Shown: in pieces, positions 12,280 through 25,087 of the stretch
How the letters are laid out: each line of letters opens with the position of its first letter
Position numbering within the stretch: the stretch's first letter is position 1
Assembly (NCBI GenBank): GCA_010909165.1
Contig: MU008158.1
Span: 2,195,478 to 2,259,477 of the forward strand
Direction: 5' to 3'
Source: Anthoceros angustus
Lineage: Eukaryota; Plantae; Anthocerotophyta
Length of the DNA: 64,000 nt
The notes under the pieces: model-generated
Database searches by the model: none
What the model was told of the DNA's origin: nothing
What the model saw: the letters and a program-made list of their open reading frames with translations, nothing else
Made by a program: the position numbers and the translations under genes

Positions 12280-14170
12280 GTAGCTTTGCTTAGCGGGAAA
12301 GTTGGTGGAAATGTTACCGGGCAAGTGCCGAGTGCAAGGGCTCCATCAGCGGCAGCGAGACTCTTAGGGATTATCCATTTCATCGAATCAACAATTATAC
12401 TTCTAGCCGCATGCTCTTCCTTGTGGAGAGATCCAAACCCCACCTCGAGCTGCCAGGGAGCTTGCTTGGTAGTATTCTCATTCCTTTCCATCCCGTGTTT
12501 TACTTGTGTTGAGCTGTTGGGTATCTATGGTGGATTAGGTGAGTCAAAGCTTTTTGCTGTGTGGCGCGTGTCGTCTACCTCTGTGTACTTTTAGCTGCAA
12601 GACAGTCCGGGTGTGGTGTTTTATTGAAGGCTGCGCTTGTATCATCTTTTTTCCCTTCTGGTGGCCGTAGACTTGTGAAATTTTCAACGCTTAGCTGCCA
12701 GAGCCTGCTGGCGTATTTGCTCAAAAACCCATCGAGCTCAGTGATTACATGTCAAATTACAATATACGCTATACTGAGTCTAGTGCTTTGTGGACGATAT
12801 CTGCTATCCTCCTGAAAGAGAGTTGGGCTTTCACTTACAGAGTTGTGAGATGTATTGTTCCTGTCTGTTGATGTTCTTGTGGTCACGTGATTGTGATGCC
12901 TCGGAAATGTAGTTGAGGACCCAACGAGCTCAGTGATTACATGTCAAATGACAATATACGCTATACTGAGCCAAGGGCTTTGTGGACGATATCTGCAATG
13001 AGAGCTTCCTCCTGGAAGAGTTGGGCTTTCTGTCACTTACTCCTGTCTGTTGATGTTCTTGTGGTCACGTGACTGTGATGCCTTCGGAAATGTAGCTGAG
13101 GACCCAACGAGCTCAGTGATTACATGTCAAATGACAATATACGCTATACTGAGCCTTGGGTTTTGTGGACGATATCTGCAATGAGAGCTTCCTGCTGGAA
13201 GAGTTGGGCTTTCACTTACAGAGTTTGGAGATGTATTGCTCTTGTCTGTTGATGTTCTTGTAGTCACTTGACTGTGATGCTTTCGGAAACGTAGCTGAGG
13301 ACCCAACGAGCTCATTGATTACAAATGTCAAATGACAATATACGCTATACTGAGCCTTGGGCTTTGTGGACAATACATACAATGAGAGCTCCCTCCTGAA
13401 AGAGTTGGGCTTTTACTTTCAGACTGTCTTGAGATCTATCACTCCTGTTTGTTGATGTCCTTGCGGTCACGTAACTGTAATACATTGGAAAATGTAGCTG
13501 GCGTGGTTCCTTGGGCAAGGAGAACTAGAGCAAGAGGAACAATTATTGCCACCCGTTATTCATTGCCGTTCGTGTGTGTGCAGGAGCTCAGTTCCTGTTC
13601 GTATATCAGAAGTCGAGCCGGGCACTTTCTTATCAGACCACACTGTATCCCGAACCCTCTGTTCTGCTGTCATCCTTCGCAGAGTATTTTGGCACTGGCA
13701 TCAGCAGGAATTCCTTCTGTCCAGGGAGGTGGCATGGCAGTTGCCAATGTGAAGAAGGCTTTTTCTGCTCACTAGTGAGCCTTTTGTTCTATATTTATGA
13801 TGGACCAGATTGACTCTGCACTGCCCATCTATTGTCTGCATGCGGCCAGTGAAGAGCTTGAAGTAGGTACTTATTCCAACCTGTTCATTGTGAAAGTTCT
13901 GTGTTGAAAAATTGCCAGTGATACCGAACGTGAATAATGTGGACATGGCAGGGTCTGGGGCCGACAAGCTGCTGCTGGAGTGGTGTGGTCCATTGGGGAA
14001 TGAAGGGATCCTTTAGTTGCAGCTGCAAGGTGGGGAAGGCCCAGGCAGAGACTCATCTTGATAGATGATCTTTTATGCCTTCAACTTGCATTGCTCATTG
14101 TGAACATGTCGACAGGTTGGTAGCAATTCTAGTGCCTTTTACATCTTATACAGACGAAAATGTGGCTGCT
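12280..14170 (+). pseudogene. Degenerate LRR-like (possibly F-box/LRR) gene remnant, copy 2, containing an internal tandem array
   Basis: Homologous to 7480-8358: shared CCTGAAAGAGTTGGGCTT..., GAGGTGGCATGGCAGTTGCCAATGTGA and GTAGCAATTYTAGTGCCTTTTAC segments. Many stops and frameshifts. Confidence 0.45.
12733..13499 (+). repeat. Tandem repeat, 4 copies of a ~183-199 bp unit
   Basis: Units begin CGAGCTCA(G/T)TGATTAC at 12733, 12925, 13108 and 13307; each carries ...GAGTTGGGCTTT...GGAAA(T/C)GTAG. Confidence 0.95.
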
Positions 14171-14275
14171 GGAGTGTATGCGATCCACCACAACACTGCT
14201 CACGGAGAGTGCCTGCTGTTTGTAGGTGGTCCATCTAGCTTACAAGATGGTCGGCCTTGGCGGCATCGTGGTGAC

Positions 14276-16169
14276 ATGGTGTTGCGACATCAGCGGCTGC
14301 GCCGTGCGCGTCGTGTACCTTCTATCTACAACATTGTTGTTCTGGTCGCTGTGTGTGTGTGGTGTGGTTTTCTCTTGGTGGTGACGTTGAGATCCTCTCA
14401 GGTTGGAATTCTGGGCAGTTGCTTGAGGCTGAAGGTATGCACAAGAAGAGAAGGAAGCATTTAACATGCAAGTCTGTAATGCAGGAAAAAAGGCCGCTGG
14501 AGTGTCGTTGGTTGGAAAGTCCGCCATTGGTGTGTGCACATGGAGGAGCTTCTGAAGCAGCACCTGCCAACACGGTAGGTCTTTTCAAGCATTTGGTTTT
14601 TCTTCTTGTTGTGGCCAGCCACATACCTCGTTGGTTGCAAGCTGCTAACGGCAAGGTGCAACGCAACTACAGGTGAAGGCCTACGAGCAGGCGTTGTTGT
14701 TAGAGGTGGACTGCATTGAAATTGATGCGTCTGCAACAAGTGATGGTGTGCTGCTCGCCCTCCATGACAGGTAATGTTACTAGTATTAGTCTGAGCTTCC
14801 TAGTTCTTGAATGGAGAAGAGCCCAATGGAAGTGCAAGTTTTCCTGCTTTCATTGTTCTCCATTTAGGACAGTGTTAAGATGCAGGCACGAAGATGAGCT
14901 GTTTGCTAGTGAAGGTCAGTGTAGTCGTGATTCCGCGTTTCATTGAACCTTGGATGGACATCAAACTATGTTGCAGAGACCTACAGAGGATATCTGCAGT
15001 CAAGGGCCACCGAGTGAGCACAATTACTTACCTCGAGGTACTCCTACTGCGTTTGCTAGTAGGTCTGCCGAAAGCATTATACCTCTAGCGCAAGAGCTGA
15101 ACTCACTGAAGGATTGGCAAATCTGTCAGTTCCGGGACCTCGAGCGACGGCAGAACATCACTGGTGATCAGAGGGCTACGACTTTAGAAGATGCATTATA
15201 TGTAAATTCCGCAACCAAGCTTGAATACCAAGCAAGTTGTGAGTGTGGGGAAGTAGGTGCCTTTAGAACAAGTCTCTGTGCCAGTTAGTCGAAGACTCTG
15301 CAAAGGCTCATGTTGCCTTGAAGAAACTGGTCTCAACATAAGATGATTAACGGTCAGCTGCCTACATCAGTATGTATCTGCAGCTGTCAAGGAAGTGATC
15401 ATTGATGTGAAAGTGGCATCTCCGAGCATGGCCGAGCTTGTTGCCAAGAACGTTCTGAACGTGGTAAGGCGCGCTGCTGAACCTAAAGAGTTCCGTTCCG
15501 TAACAGTGGTGCATTGTCACTTGCCCTAGTCATCTTGGATTCAAGTGTGGTGCCGTCAACTAGAAAGGTTCTGGATTTGGTGACCTGCAGGTGATGAAAA
15601 CAAGGTGCAGAAATTGCCTTGTCTGGTCCAAGGAAGACAGGGTGATTCTGGAGTACTTGAGGCAGAAGAGGTTCCAGCCGACTCTCGGGGCCCTATATGG
15701 GCTGCAGGTCTGATTCCGAAAGTTCCCGGTCTCCTTCTTGTTCTAATGTGGAGGCGGGCTTCTGACGTGTGGCGTGCTGCCTTGATGAGGTCAGTCCGGG
15801 TACATAGTCATGCTGGACGACGTGACTGGGAGAGAGTCTGGCCTACTCCGAATTCCTGAAGCAGAAGTAACCGGAGTTTTCCACACCTTCATCGATCGGC
15901 GGCTGGTGGCCACCGCACACAGGTGCCCTACTCAATCCAGAATCCCTTTCCCAGATTCGCTGCTTCCAGCAGCAGGACGCTGAACAAACGAGCTTGCGTG
16001 CAGGGCGCAGAAGAAGGTGTACGCGTGGGTTGTGGATGACGAAGATACCATGGTCAACAAGGTAGAGGACGGGGTGGACGGCATCGTCACCAACCGGCCC
16101 CGCACTCTCCAGCAAGTGCTTCGACGCCAAGCGAATCTGTGCAGACGTCAGGCTGCCATCCCTGGATAA
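14276..16169 (+). CDS. GDPD4: Glycerophosphodiester phosphodiesterase, GDPD4-like, multi-exon
   Basis: N-terminal TM segment, then CRWLESPPLVCAHGG, AYEQALLLEVDCIEIDASATSDGVLLALHDR|DLQRIS, TTLEDAL, KEVIIDVKV, GVFHTFID and KVYAWVVDD...GVDGIVTNRP; TAA at 16167-16169. Confidence 0.9.
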
Positions 16170-16740
16170 CAGGATTCTCCATACGACCTGATCCGGCCGT
16201 TCCTGTTTCGTTCCTCTCGCCCAATCCGGTCTGCCGTGCGCTGGCCACGCGACGTGGCAGCAGGCCTTTGTAGGAGTCGGGACGTGGCGGATAGAGGTCT
16301 GGTTCCACTATGTGTCGTACTGTGTTTTACAAGCTCCCGAGCTGGTTACCGGTGGGACTGTGCCATGTGCCTTGCGCCTTCTAATTTTCTCTTTCCGGCG
16401 CTGGCGGTGTTGATATCCCGGCAGGTTTTAGCTCGCGAGCGGCTTGCCCACAGCGCTGATGCCAGCCACGTTTCACCGCCACCTCGAGGCGCTTACAAGA
16501 CCTCCGCAGAGTCTAAGCCGCCCATCTGTTGTGGCGACCTTGCGGGGCTGGGGCTGGGGCTGGGGCTGGAGCTGCGTGAATTTTCGGGTCTTCATCTCCT
16601 CCGAGTGCAGGTGCCGGAGCCCTAATTCTTCCCCGACCTTGGCTTTGCGAGTGCGAGCTGGAGCTGGAGTCGGAGTCGGAGCCGGAGCTGGAGGGAGAGC
16701 GCCATTGTGTGTCCTAGATTCGCAGTGGCTGCCACAGGCG

Positions 16741-17364
16741 ATGGGAGCGAGCAGCGCCGTGAGGCACTTCCACAGCAGGCTGAATCTGCCGGGAGCGTCT
16801 TGCAGCACAGACCACGCCGTGAGCGCGTGCATTCACCCGAATGTGCTTCCGATCGCCAGCGCCGTGGCTGTCAGGCCCGCCAGGCCCGCGGCAGTGGACG
16901 CCACCGAGCCAGCGAGCTGTCTCACGTCGCACGGATTTCACCGCCACAGAGTCGCATTGAGGGGATGCTCTGGTGAGCGGCAATCCATGGCGTCATGTTA
17001 CCGGACTGCTGTCGGGAACGCCACGGAGTCGCCCTTGCGGTACGCTCCGGTCCCGGAGCGGCAAGCCCTGACGCTGTATGAGATTCTCGGGGTGTCCAGC
17101 GACGCCTCGGAGACGGACCTGAAGGTGGCCTTCAGGTGCATGGCCAAGAAGTACCACCCGGATCGGGCTCCGCCGGAGGCTGCGTCAGAATACAATCAGA
17201 AGTTTCTGGAATTGCGCCGGGCGTACAACGTGCTCAAGGATCACAGAGCCAGGGCTCTGTACGACTTCGAGATCAAGAACTCTCCCAAGTACTGGGCGCA
17301 GAAGTACCATTCGCAGCACAGGCAATGGCGTGGGCGTAATTGGGAGACTGATCAGTGCTGGTAA
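16741..17364 (+). CDS. Small plastid-type J-domain protein (DnaJ11/ATJ11-like), intronless
   Basis: LYEILGV...KVAFRCMAKKYHPD...AYNVLKDHRARALYD and C-terminal RNWETDQCW, preceded by a Ser/Ala/Arg-rich transit-peptide-like N-terminus. First in-frame ATG at 16741. Confidence 0.92.
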   Translation: MGASSAVRHFHSRLNLPGASCSTDHAVSACIHPNVLPIASAVAVRPARPAAVDATEPASCLTSHGFHRHRVALRGCSGERQSMASCYRTAVGNATESPLRYAPVPERQALTLYEILGVSSDASETDLKVAFRCMAKKYHPDRAPPEAASEYNQKFLELRRAYNVLKDHRARALYDFEIKNSPKYWAQKYHSQHRQWRGRNWETDQCW

Positions 17365-18009
17365 GGTCTTGGCTTCTCACTGTTCCTACAACTTTGCTTG
17401 TGGAACGTAGACTACTAGCATTGCTCGTGGAACATACTACCCAAAGCTTATTTATTCGTCGCCTTCTGCAGGACTTCTTGACACTGGGGCCAGCACTTTG
17501 TTAAGGCAATGTGTGCGGCATGCAAGCTGGCCGAGCAACCGAACGGTGCTTGCCTGTCCAGCTTGTGGCTGTGTAGGACACATTCACATGTACAGATTGT
17601 GTCATGTAGCCATTTGTGTATTGTAAAGTATTTTTTGTGTACCAGGCGCTGTATGTATGCATATCGCTACGTTGGGATGAGCAAAGCTCGGTTCCGTGCT
17701 GCAAAGATGAGACGGGCATGCAGTTAATCGGAGTTATCGAAAATACTTGTCAGACAACAGAAATTTCTGTTTGACGAGAATCAGAAGAATGTACATGATT
17801 CGGGTACCACAAAAAACGCAAGTCTTAGAGCTGCGGTAGCGAGACTCTGCTGCCCACGTCGCAACACAATGTGTGCCAGCAGGGAAGCGCCTTGGGAGCA
17901 GCCACCTTGGACAGCACCATCAAAAGTAGCACACCAGCTTCACATCGCAAAGGTAGTATTCCTGGGGGTTACACATAGGGTGTACGGGTCTGCCTGTGCG
18001 GCCGCCAAC

Positions 18010-18240
18010 TACCACAAGAGCAAAAATTCATGAGAGTTGGGTTTCAAGGACATACAGCAGTACTTGTGGCTCAGAAGGCCCAGGTACGTGCATCACGCAA
18101 CGAGTGGCCCAGAACAAGACAGATCCAGGAAGGCTCTCAGAGACACAGACACAAGATGCCGTACAATTCGACGTAACGGAATCGGGGCCAAACCTGAGTC
18201 GCTCAGAAGAAAACTGGAAACTGATCAATTTTGGAAAGAC
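18010..18240 (+). pseudogene. Probable decayed tandem copy of the J-protein gene
   Basis: AACTGG-AAACTGATCAATTTTGGAAAG aligns with the J-protein 3' end AATTGGGAGACTGATCAGTGCTGGTAAG (NWETDQ(C/F)W). Upstream fragments RQIQE and ALRDTDTR..YN resemble J-domain helix III/IV. Confidence 0.4.
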
Positions 18241-18395
18241 AATGCTCTGTTCTCTCTTTCATTACTGATCCAAGTGGAACGGATTGATCCTTGGCAAACC
18301 ATACCTCTTGATAACGAGGTAAGCATAGCCGCCCAATTTCAAATAGACCACAGCTGCTCTAGGTTGGAGTTGTCTCTTGTTTGCTGCCGTCGGGA

Positions 18396-20167
18396 CTAGT
18401 GCAGCTCGAAGAACTGGTAGCTCCGTGCATAATCCTTGTCTTGCTTGTAATACACATACAGCGGGGTATAGAATAACGAGCACAGGCTGAAAGGAACGGC
18501 CATGACCATAAACAAGCCTCTTGAGATTGCCTTGGCTTCCTTTGGAGAACCAGTATCAGGAATTGGCAAATCAACTCTGTATCCCCAGACCTTTTCAGCA
18601 AGAAGTCCCACAACTGGCGCTGCTATGGCGGCGAATGAGCCTTCGAAGGCTCGGTCGAATGCATATATTATTGTCCTTTGTTGGGCTGGTACAATTTCAG
18701 CAAATATGGGATTGTTTGCACACGCCTGACACCAGCTGATAGTCAGCCCCATCACGAAGAGCACAACAGCATACGATGTCCAGTTGTTAGGATCCTGCTT
18801 TAGCTTAACAAGAAGCAACCAAGAAAATGGTACACCCATCAAAGCACTGAACTGCGCACACATCACACGCCCTGTGGCAGGATATATTCGAGCCGCTCGG
18901 TCTCCCAACCACCCCCCAAGGAGTGCACCAATTGCACAACCAGCTGAAAAAAGCCCAACTAACGTAGCTGACCCACGGTGCCCAAATCCTGTAGCAGCGC
19001 CAAAGTGGCAAAGTTTAACATCACAGTACTCATATGCCAGCCATGCTGTGACGTAGAAGGTAATAGTACTTGCCTATTAGCTCCAACCACATTGTGAAGA
19101 ACACCATCGCAGTCCATGGAAGGGACCCAACGAGTCCTTGCGCAATAATGAGTTGAAAGGTTCTTATCTTCACAACTGCTCTCACAGCAGCCCAGGCTTC
19201 TTTCCACACACTAACATGTCCACTTGCAAGACGCTCGTAGATGTTACTCCTAAAACAATGCAGGAAAGGTCAGACAAGTAGGACTTTTGCCCTCACCTGC
19301 CAAACAGTGCCGGGGAACGCACAACCTGCAACGCTGAGGTGACACTCACCTTCACCGCAGGACTTACCTCCACAATAGCAAAGGAATCAGGGCACTCACC
19401 GTGTATGACGAACAGACGAAGAGTGGAAAGATGGCTCACCACCTCGGGGATCAACCACATAAATATGAACAAGGCAGCCTATAGTACAGCTCAACAGTGC
19501 CATAAGCAGGAATGCTACTCGCCATCCTGGGATACCGCCAAAGGTGTGTCCAGCAATTATGGTGGCAGTCATACTACCAGAAATCCCACCTAAGGTTCCC
19601 ACCAGGTTCAACCACCCAAAAGCGAACCCCCTGCCAGACTCTAAGTAGCTATCAGCTATAAACGACTGCAAAGCTGGGATGACAATGGCTAGCCCTACAC
19701 CATTAATTGCCCTTGCTAAGGCACACTGTGTGAAACTTTGTGAGAACGCCACTAGAGCTGTCGAGCAGCCCCAGAAGAGCGTGCCGACTCCGATAACTGA
19801 TGGCCGGCGATACCGCATAGCTAGGACACCGGCCAACGGAGAAGATAGAGCTTGCACAAGTGCTCGGATGAACGTGAGCGTTCCCAACTTAGCTGGACTG
19901 GCATGAAATGTCAGGCCTACTTCTTTGTACACAGCTGGGAGCAGATTTTCATCCGCCCTCTCCAGGATTGCTGCCAGGTTTATCAGAATAAGAGAAATCG
20001 AGAGCCCGCATATCTTTCTGGATCTGCATCACTCGCACACAATAGAGAGAGCTCATAAGCTGGAGACATACCATAGACACAGGTCGGCACCCAGACGAAA
20101 TGCCGAGGCATCTGGGCAGAAAGCCCACTTGCTTTGAGTTATGTGTCAGTGAACACCTTGGGGCCAT
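18396..20167 (-). CDS. Major facilitator superfamily transporter (spinster-like, At4g36790-type), multi-exon
   Basis: MAPR|SRKICGLSISLILINLAAILERADENLLPAVYKEVG...IVIPALQSFIADSY...GWRVAF...GRVMCAQFSA...IYAFDRAFEGSFAAIAAPVVG; stop at 18396. Confidence 0.92.
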
Positions 20168-21467
20168 TGTCACTACTGATAACGGATCACTCTGCTCACC
20201 CAGCACCAGTCGCATCAGAGCAGGTTACTCAAGCGCCGTGTGTAGCCCTGATATGCAGTTCTCTTGAAGTAACATTCACTATCTGCAGAGGCCTAGATCC
20301 TGGAGCACTGACAAGCATGCTCCCCTCACCCGGGATGTTGTACAGCACGTTCTGCGCCGCCGTTTCCAGCTCAACTCCCCATACTTCACAGACAATCAAG
20401 CACATGATACATCCAACAGTCAAAGGTTTTGGCTACATCCAGCGAGAGCTGCATTTGACAGAGCTCCGATCCTACCCGTAACAATTCTCAACCACAAAGG
20501 GCAAGCCCATACCAAACTCGAAAGAGATCCAACCCTACCCATCTCAAAATTCCATACCCCCTACAAAGGACCCAGAATTTGCTCAGCTTGAGCCACCATG
20601 CCAGACACATAACCCCCCTGATTTGCAATTCCAAATACCAACCACGCAATCAACAATTCAGAGCTAAGCAAATTCGATGCTTCCGGCCTGCCTGGAACCT
20701 CGGCATCATGACGAAAGAGTTAATGATCAGGAACCAAGGACTTTGCGAAGGCTTCATCCACACGCCAAACGTCACTCAGCAGGAAGCACTCGAAGGAGCC
20801 GAAGGGTAGGAATGCGGCAGCAACACACCTGGTATGCTCACGATCACGAAGCCGAGAGCTGGCAAACAGTCCCTCCCTTTCTAAGCTACTCCCATCTCAC
20901 GAAAAGCCTAGAGGAATAGCAGGATTGCTGTCGCCAGGTAGTTGCAGCTTAGGGTAGCAGGAATGCATATCACCAACACCCAAGTCATCCAGCAGTTCAA
21001 GCGATGAACCCGCTCGGGCGATCATTAACAGTTTAGCCGCCATAACCAGCAACTTCCACCTGACAAATGGCTTCCTCTCAAGGCTTTCAATTGCACAGCA
21101 CAGCACGACAGGATGTGTTGCGAGTTCTGCTCCAAGAGCCAAATGTCGAAGACGAAACGCATAAGAGCCATTACCGGGAAATAGCTTAGCATTATTCAAA
21201 CCACCGAATCAGTGATATGTGTAATTAAGCAGAACTTATCTGCGACGGAAAAGAGTTCAAAAAGCTCCGTCAGGCCCGGTTCGAGGAGTTGCCCCTGCGG
21301 CAGTGCCGAGCAAAGTACGATGATGAACTTCCGAGTCTCCAGAGCTTGCCAGGCATCGCGCCTCATCTGGTACGTGCGCGCTGGAGTCGGAGCACAAGTT
21401 TCATCGCGTCGGACTAATGGTTATCGGCAATGTGTGCTTGGTCGACGTCCAGGCAGCTCATTGCTGG

Positions 21468-23265
21468 ATGGAGGCTAAAGAGGATTGGTTCAAGAATTCA
21501 GCTGGAAAGTGCTTCCGCTGCTGCATTTCGTGAACTTGTTCTCAAACTGACTGTCTTTGTGAACCACAGTTACAATCAAGACATATGGACGTCAGTGATG
21601 TCCTTCCTGGACGGGAAGTCTCTTATGAAGCTTGCTCTTTTGAATCGACGGTTTTATGCCATGGTTATGGAAGAGTCTGTATGGAAAGCGCTGTGCATGC
21701 GTGAGCTCGATGTTCCTGTGATTGACGAGCCTCGTTTTAGCTGGAGGAAGCTGTATATTGCAGCTGTTGGTAATCTTCATAATCCTGGACTGCTACTCGT
21801 CACGTCAGACTCGAAGAACTGAGCGAGAGTAGTCGAAGAAGTTTCTGAACCCTGCGGCTTCTGTTTAATGTTGCTACCAACTGAATGCCCTCAAACAATT
21901 TCGTTGCAGACGGACGCCATTCGTACACCTGCCGCAATTCTGAAAGACACATAGGTTAGAGTTTCTGCTCTTCAATTTTATGGCTCATGAATCTGCAGGC
22001 CCGCTTTTGCTGAAGTCCAGTCGTGAATTTGTGTCGTACAGATTGGATGAGGATTGGTGCATTTTGTATAACGTCCGGAGAAGCTATTGCTACAGATACT
22101 CTTAGTGTTAAGACGTTTGTGCGAAATGGCGTGAAGCGGCGACACTACGTAGAGTTACCATCAAGCTCGCTCCGGATATCTGGCGTCAAGCGAGGTCCTT
22201 GGATCGCAGGTTATGTCAGAAATATTGAAATATTCGGCATTTCAAGGCCACATCCATTTCCAAGTTTGTGCTGGAGCACAGTCACCTGATACAGATTTGA
22301 CTGTTGTCGCAGATCTGCATCTTGTGCGCTGTCCTGTTTGCAACCTTTCATCCTGTGAAGGTAACAGGCGCAGCATGCTTTCGGCTAGGAGCAGCAATAC
22401 CTTCAACGTGCATCCAAGTTAGCAGTTGTATGCTTCGGCTGCGAATTATTCGCAGCGAATACATGCGTTCGGGGGTTTCATATGTAGGTACTATGCAAAC
22501 GCTTGATGCGCGCCACTGGGAGCTGTTTTTGCATGAAGAGTACTTGAAGGGACATTGGCAATTTGAAGAGACAGCAGCACATACTGTGGAAGTGAGCTGT
22601 GGTGAAGCATCTGCAGGGATTTTTGATGCGTCACAGCTGACGAGTAAAGAAACACTTGGTGAGCCCTTCCAGAATGAGATATAAAAAGTTCTCCTTACAA
22701 ATAGTGGCTGACCTTGTGGGAAGTGACATTGGCACCTGTTTCTAATCTTCACAACAACCCCAGAACCAAAAACCAGTAACCAAAAGCATATGTAGTGCCG
22801 CCTGAAACTTGAAGTTAGCTCTTTAGTCATGGTTAGTACTCCGGTTTCAGGCAAGGTCTAGCTCATGTGTGCAACTTTGAGCTCGGATGTTCTAGGAGTC
22901 TTTGACTTGAAGTCATGGATTGGCGCTGCTGGAGACTGGCAACCACGAGGTAAAAGCTGCATGTATGCAGTCGGTGCTTGCACAAACCTACAGCCCAACG
23001 AAGGTACAGTTTTGACCGCCTCAGAAGCTGCCATGTCTATTTTGTTCTCACGATAAATTAAGGAATCGTTTTTGCTGCGATGCACAAGTCAGTAACATTC
23101 TTGGAGTCCTGATCAATTAACTGAAGTTGGCTTCCGCAAATGCTAAACTGTCTGACTGACGTCGAGAACTAAAGTTGCACAGGGCTGCAGATGACCTACC
23201 ACATTATGAGGACCGGTGAGCATGAGCCTGTTGTAGGAATTCGTGTCTCCCAGCAGCTTATATGA
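21468..23265 (+). CDS. F-box protein of the RMF/At3g61730/At5g36000 type, multi-exon
   Basis: MEAKEDWFKNSAGKCFRCCIS|YNQDIWTSVMSFLDGKSLMKLA...DWMRIGAF...DLHLVRCPVCNLSSCE|GTMQTLDARHWELFL...DLKSW...NLQPNEG|LQMTYHIMRTGEHEPVVGIRVSQQLI*. Confidence 0.9.
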
Positions 23266-24189
23266 TGAGCACACCCACAGTGTGCTCATTGTAAAAACCA
23301 AACTATTTTTCATGGTACTCCTCGGAATAGCGAACTTGTAGCAACGAATTAGGAAAGTTCGACCAGTGGTGTACCGCCTGCTTCTCACACGAGACGGCAT
23401 CACACAGCTTGAGACACGAGGAGGGGTCCTCATAGAGGCCTGTTGCAGAGTATATGCTAAATGCTGAAGTTTTCTACATTACCGCTAGAGATCACGCCAA
23501 TTCATTCATTAAGTACTAGGAGACTATGGCATGCAACATGCTTTTGCCCAATATCCACTACTCGCCCCCCCCCAAAATAGTATCCCTTGCACTGGGTAGG
23601 TAAGTCACGGACCGGATATTTCAGCTCACGCTTTGACTTTTTTATTGCTTCGTCACAACTAGAATATATACAAGAGACTCTTGTTTGGACGTCCTTTAGT
23701 GTTTCAACGCAAGTAGACTGTAATACGTACATACAAGAGACAACGTGACAACCTGCTATCTACTCTCTTGCCAAAATCGTTAGAAAAAACCAAGGTACTC
23801 TCTTGGTATCCTACATCATATATACAAGTCGGTCGCGTGAATCTCTCAAACATCAAGAGTCCTCTACAAAAGGCTGGCATACCTTTGCAATCCTCTAGGT
23901 TTTTTTCTTTGTTCTACATGCAACTACGGTGTTTTCCTTTTTTGTCCTGTAAATCCTTTTTCGTATGGAAGCAAAAAGATGTATGTATATCTCTTGAGAT
24001 AGAGATAGGGGAGCGAATCTAGATCACACAAGTAGAGGTTGGAATATTTATTACTACATATACTGCAATGATCTAATAAATTATAATACTTTAATGATAA
24101 GTTAAAAAATAACTTATTTATTATAATCATGTCATCTTATTCTGTGATATGAATTCATAGTATTTAAATTATTAGGAGCTTAGTACATA

Positions 24190-24600
24190 CCTTATGTTAG
24201 GCAGCGTAGATGGGCTGAGTACCTTGCTAATTACAATCTTGAGATTAAGTATGTTGCTGGCCCTCTAATGTGGTTGCGGACACACTAAGTAGACGGGCCT
24301 TTACACTATGACAACACAATCAAACATGATTCAGTTAGTTCGAGAAGGAATATGCCATGATGCAACCTCGCAGCAACTGTATAACCAGCTCTTAGCAGAT
24401 GCTACGGCTAGTATCCCTACAGCTCTCACTCAAGAATATACCTTGAGAGATGCTTGTATATATCGCAAGGGTAGGTTGGTGATTCCCTCCCAACTTACAA
24501 AGGTGAAGCACTCAATATTGCATGATTTCCATGACTCCCCTATTGCGGGCCATCTAGGTATTGATAAGACATATGTTCTATACTATAAATTCCACAAAAT
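24190..24600 (+). mobile_element. Ty3/gypsy pol remnant (RNase H C-terminus to integrase zinc-binding region)
   Basis: RQRRWAEYLANYNLEIKYVAG..NVVADTLSR followed by IYRKGRLVIP...ILHDFHDSPIAGHLGIDKTY; frameshifted and truncated. Confidence 0.88.
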
Positions 24601-24932
24601 GATTCCATAAAAAGGAGTATGTGCACCGTAACAAATCAATTTTAGTTGTGCACATGAATGGAGATTTTCACTAGTTTATGATTTTTATTAATTATAGGTA
24701 TAATTCCCTTTATGTGTAAAGAATTTGTATCTCAAAAAAATTATTTGTGGAACTTCTTAAAAGTTACTAATTATCCCGTATAAATTACATATTTTATATA
24801 TAATAGTACGAGAGTTGAAAACTGCGCTAAAAAAATGCATGGATGACATTATGCTAAAATAGTAGGGTACTTGTATGTTGTACGTCACTACATACTTGCG
24901 ACTAATGACAAAGGCTCTCAATTCAATCCAAT

Positions 24933-25087
24933 GACTTCAGAAATATGAGTCTCACACACACAACTCACCGAACCCACCAAATTAAATATGACATATTAAC
25001 AGATAAAAATGGACTTCGGAAATATGAGTCTCACACACACAACTCACCGAACCCACCAAATTAAATATGACATATTAACGGACAAAT
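24933..25087 (+). repeat. 79-bp direct tandem duplication
   Basis: GACTTC(A/G)GAAATATGAGTCTCACACACACAACTCACCGAACCCACCAAATTAAATATGACATATTAAC at 24933 and 25012. Confidence 0.95.

Noticed and set aside
16444-16740. N-terminal extension of the J-protein ORF
   Set aside because: Non-ATG start and low-complexity GGGCT/GGAGTC repeats typical of GC-rich promoter or UTR sequence.
20897-21199. 100-aa minus-strand ORF between the MFS and F-box genes
   Set aside because: No motif or splice structure; lies in the presumed divergent promoter region.
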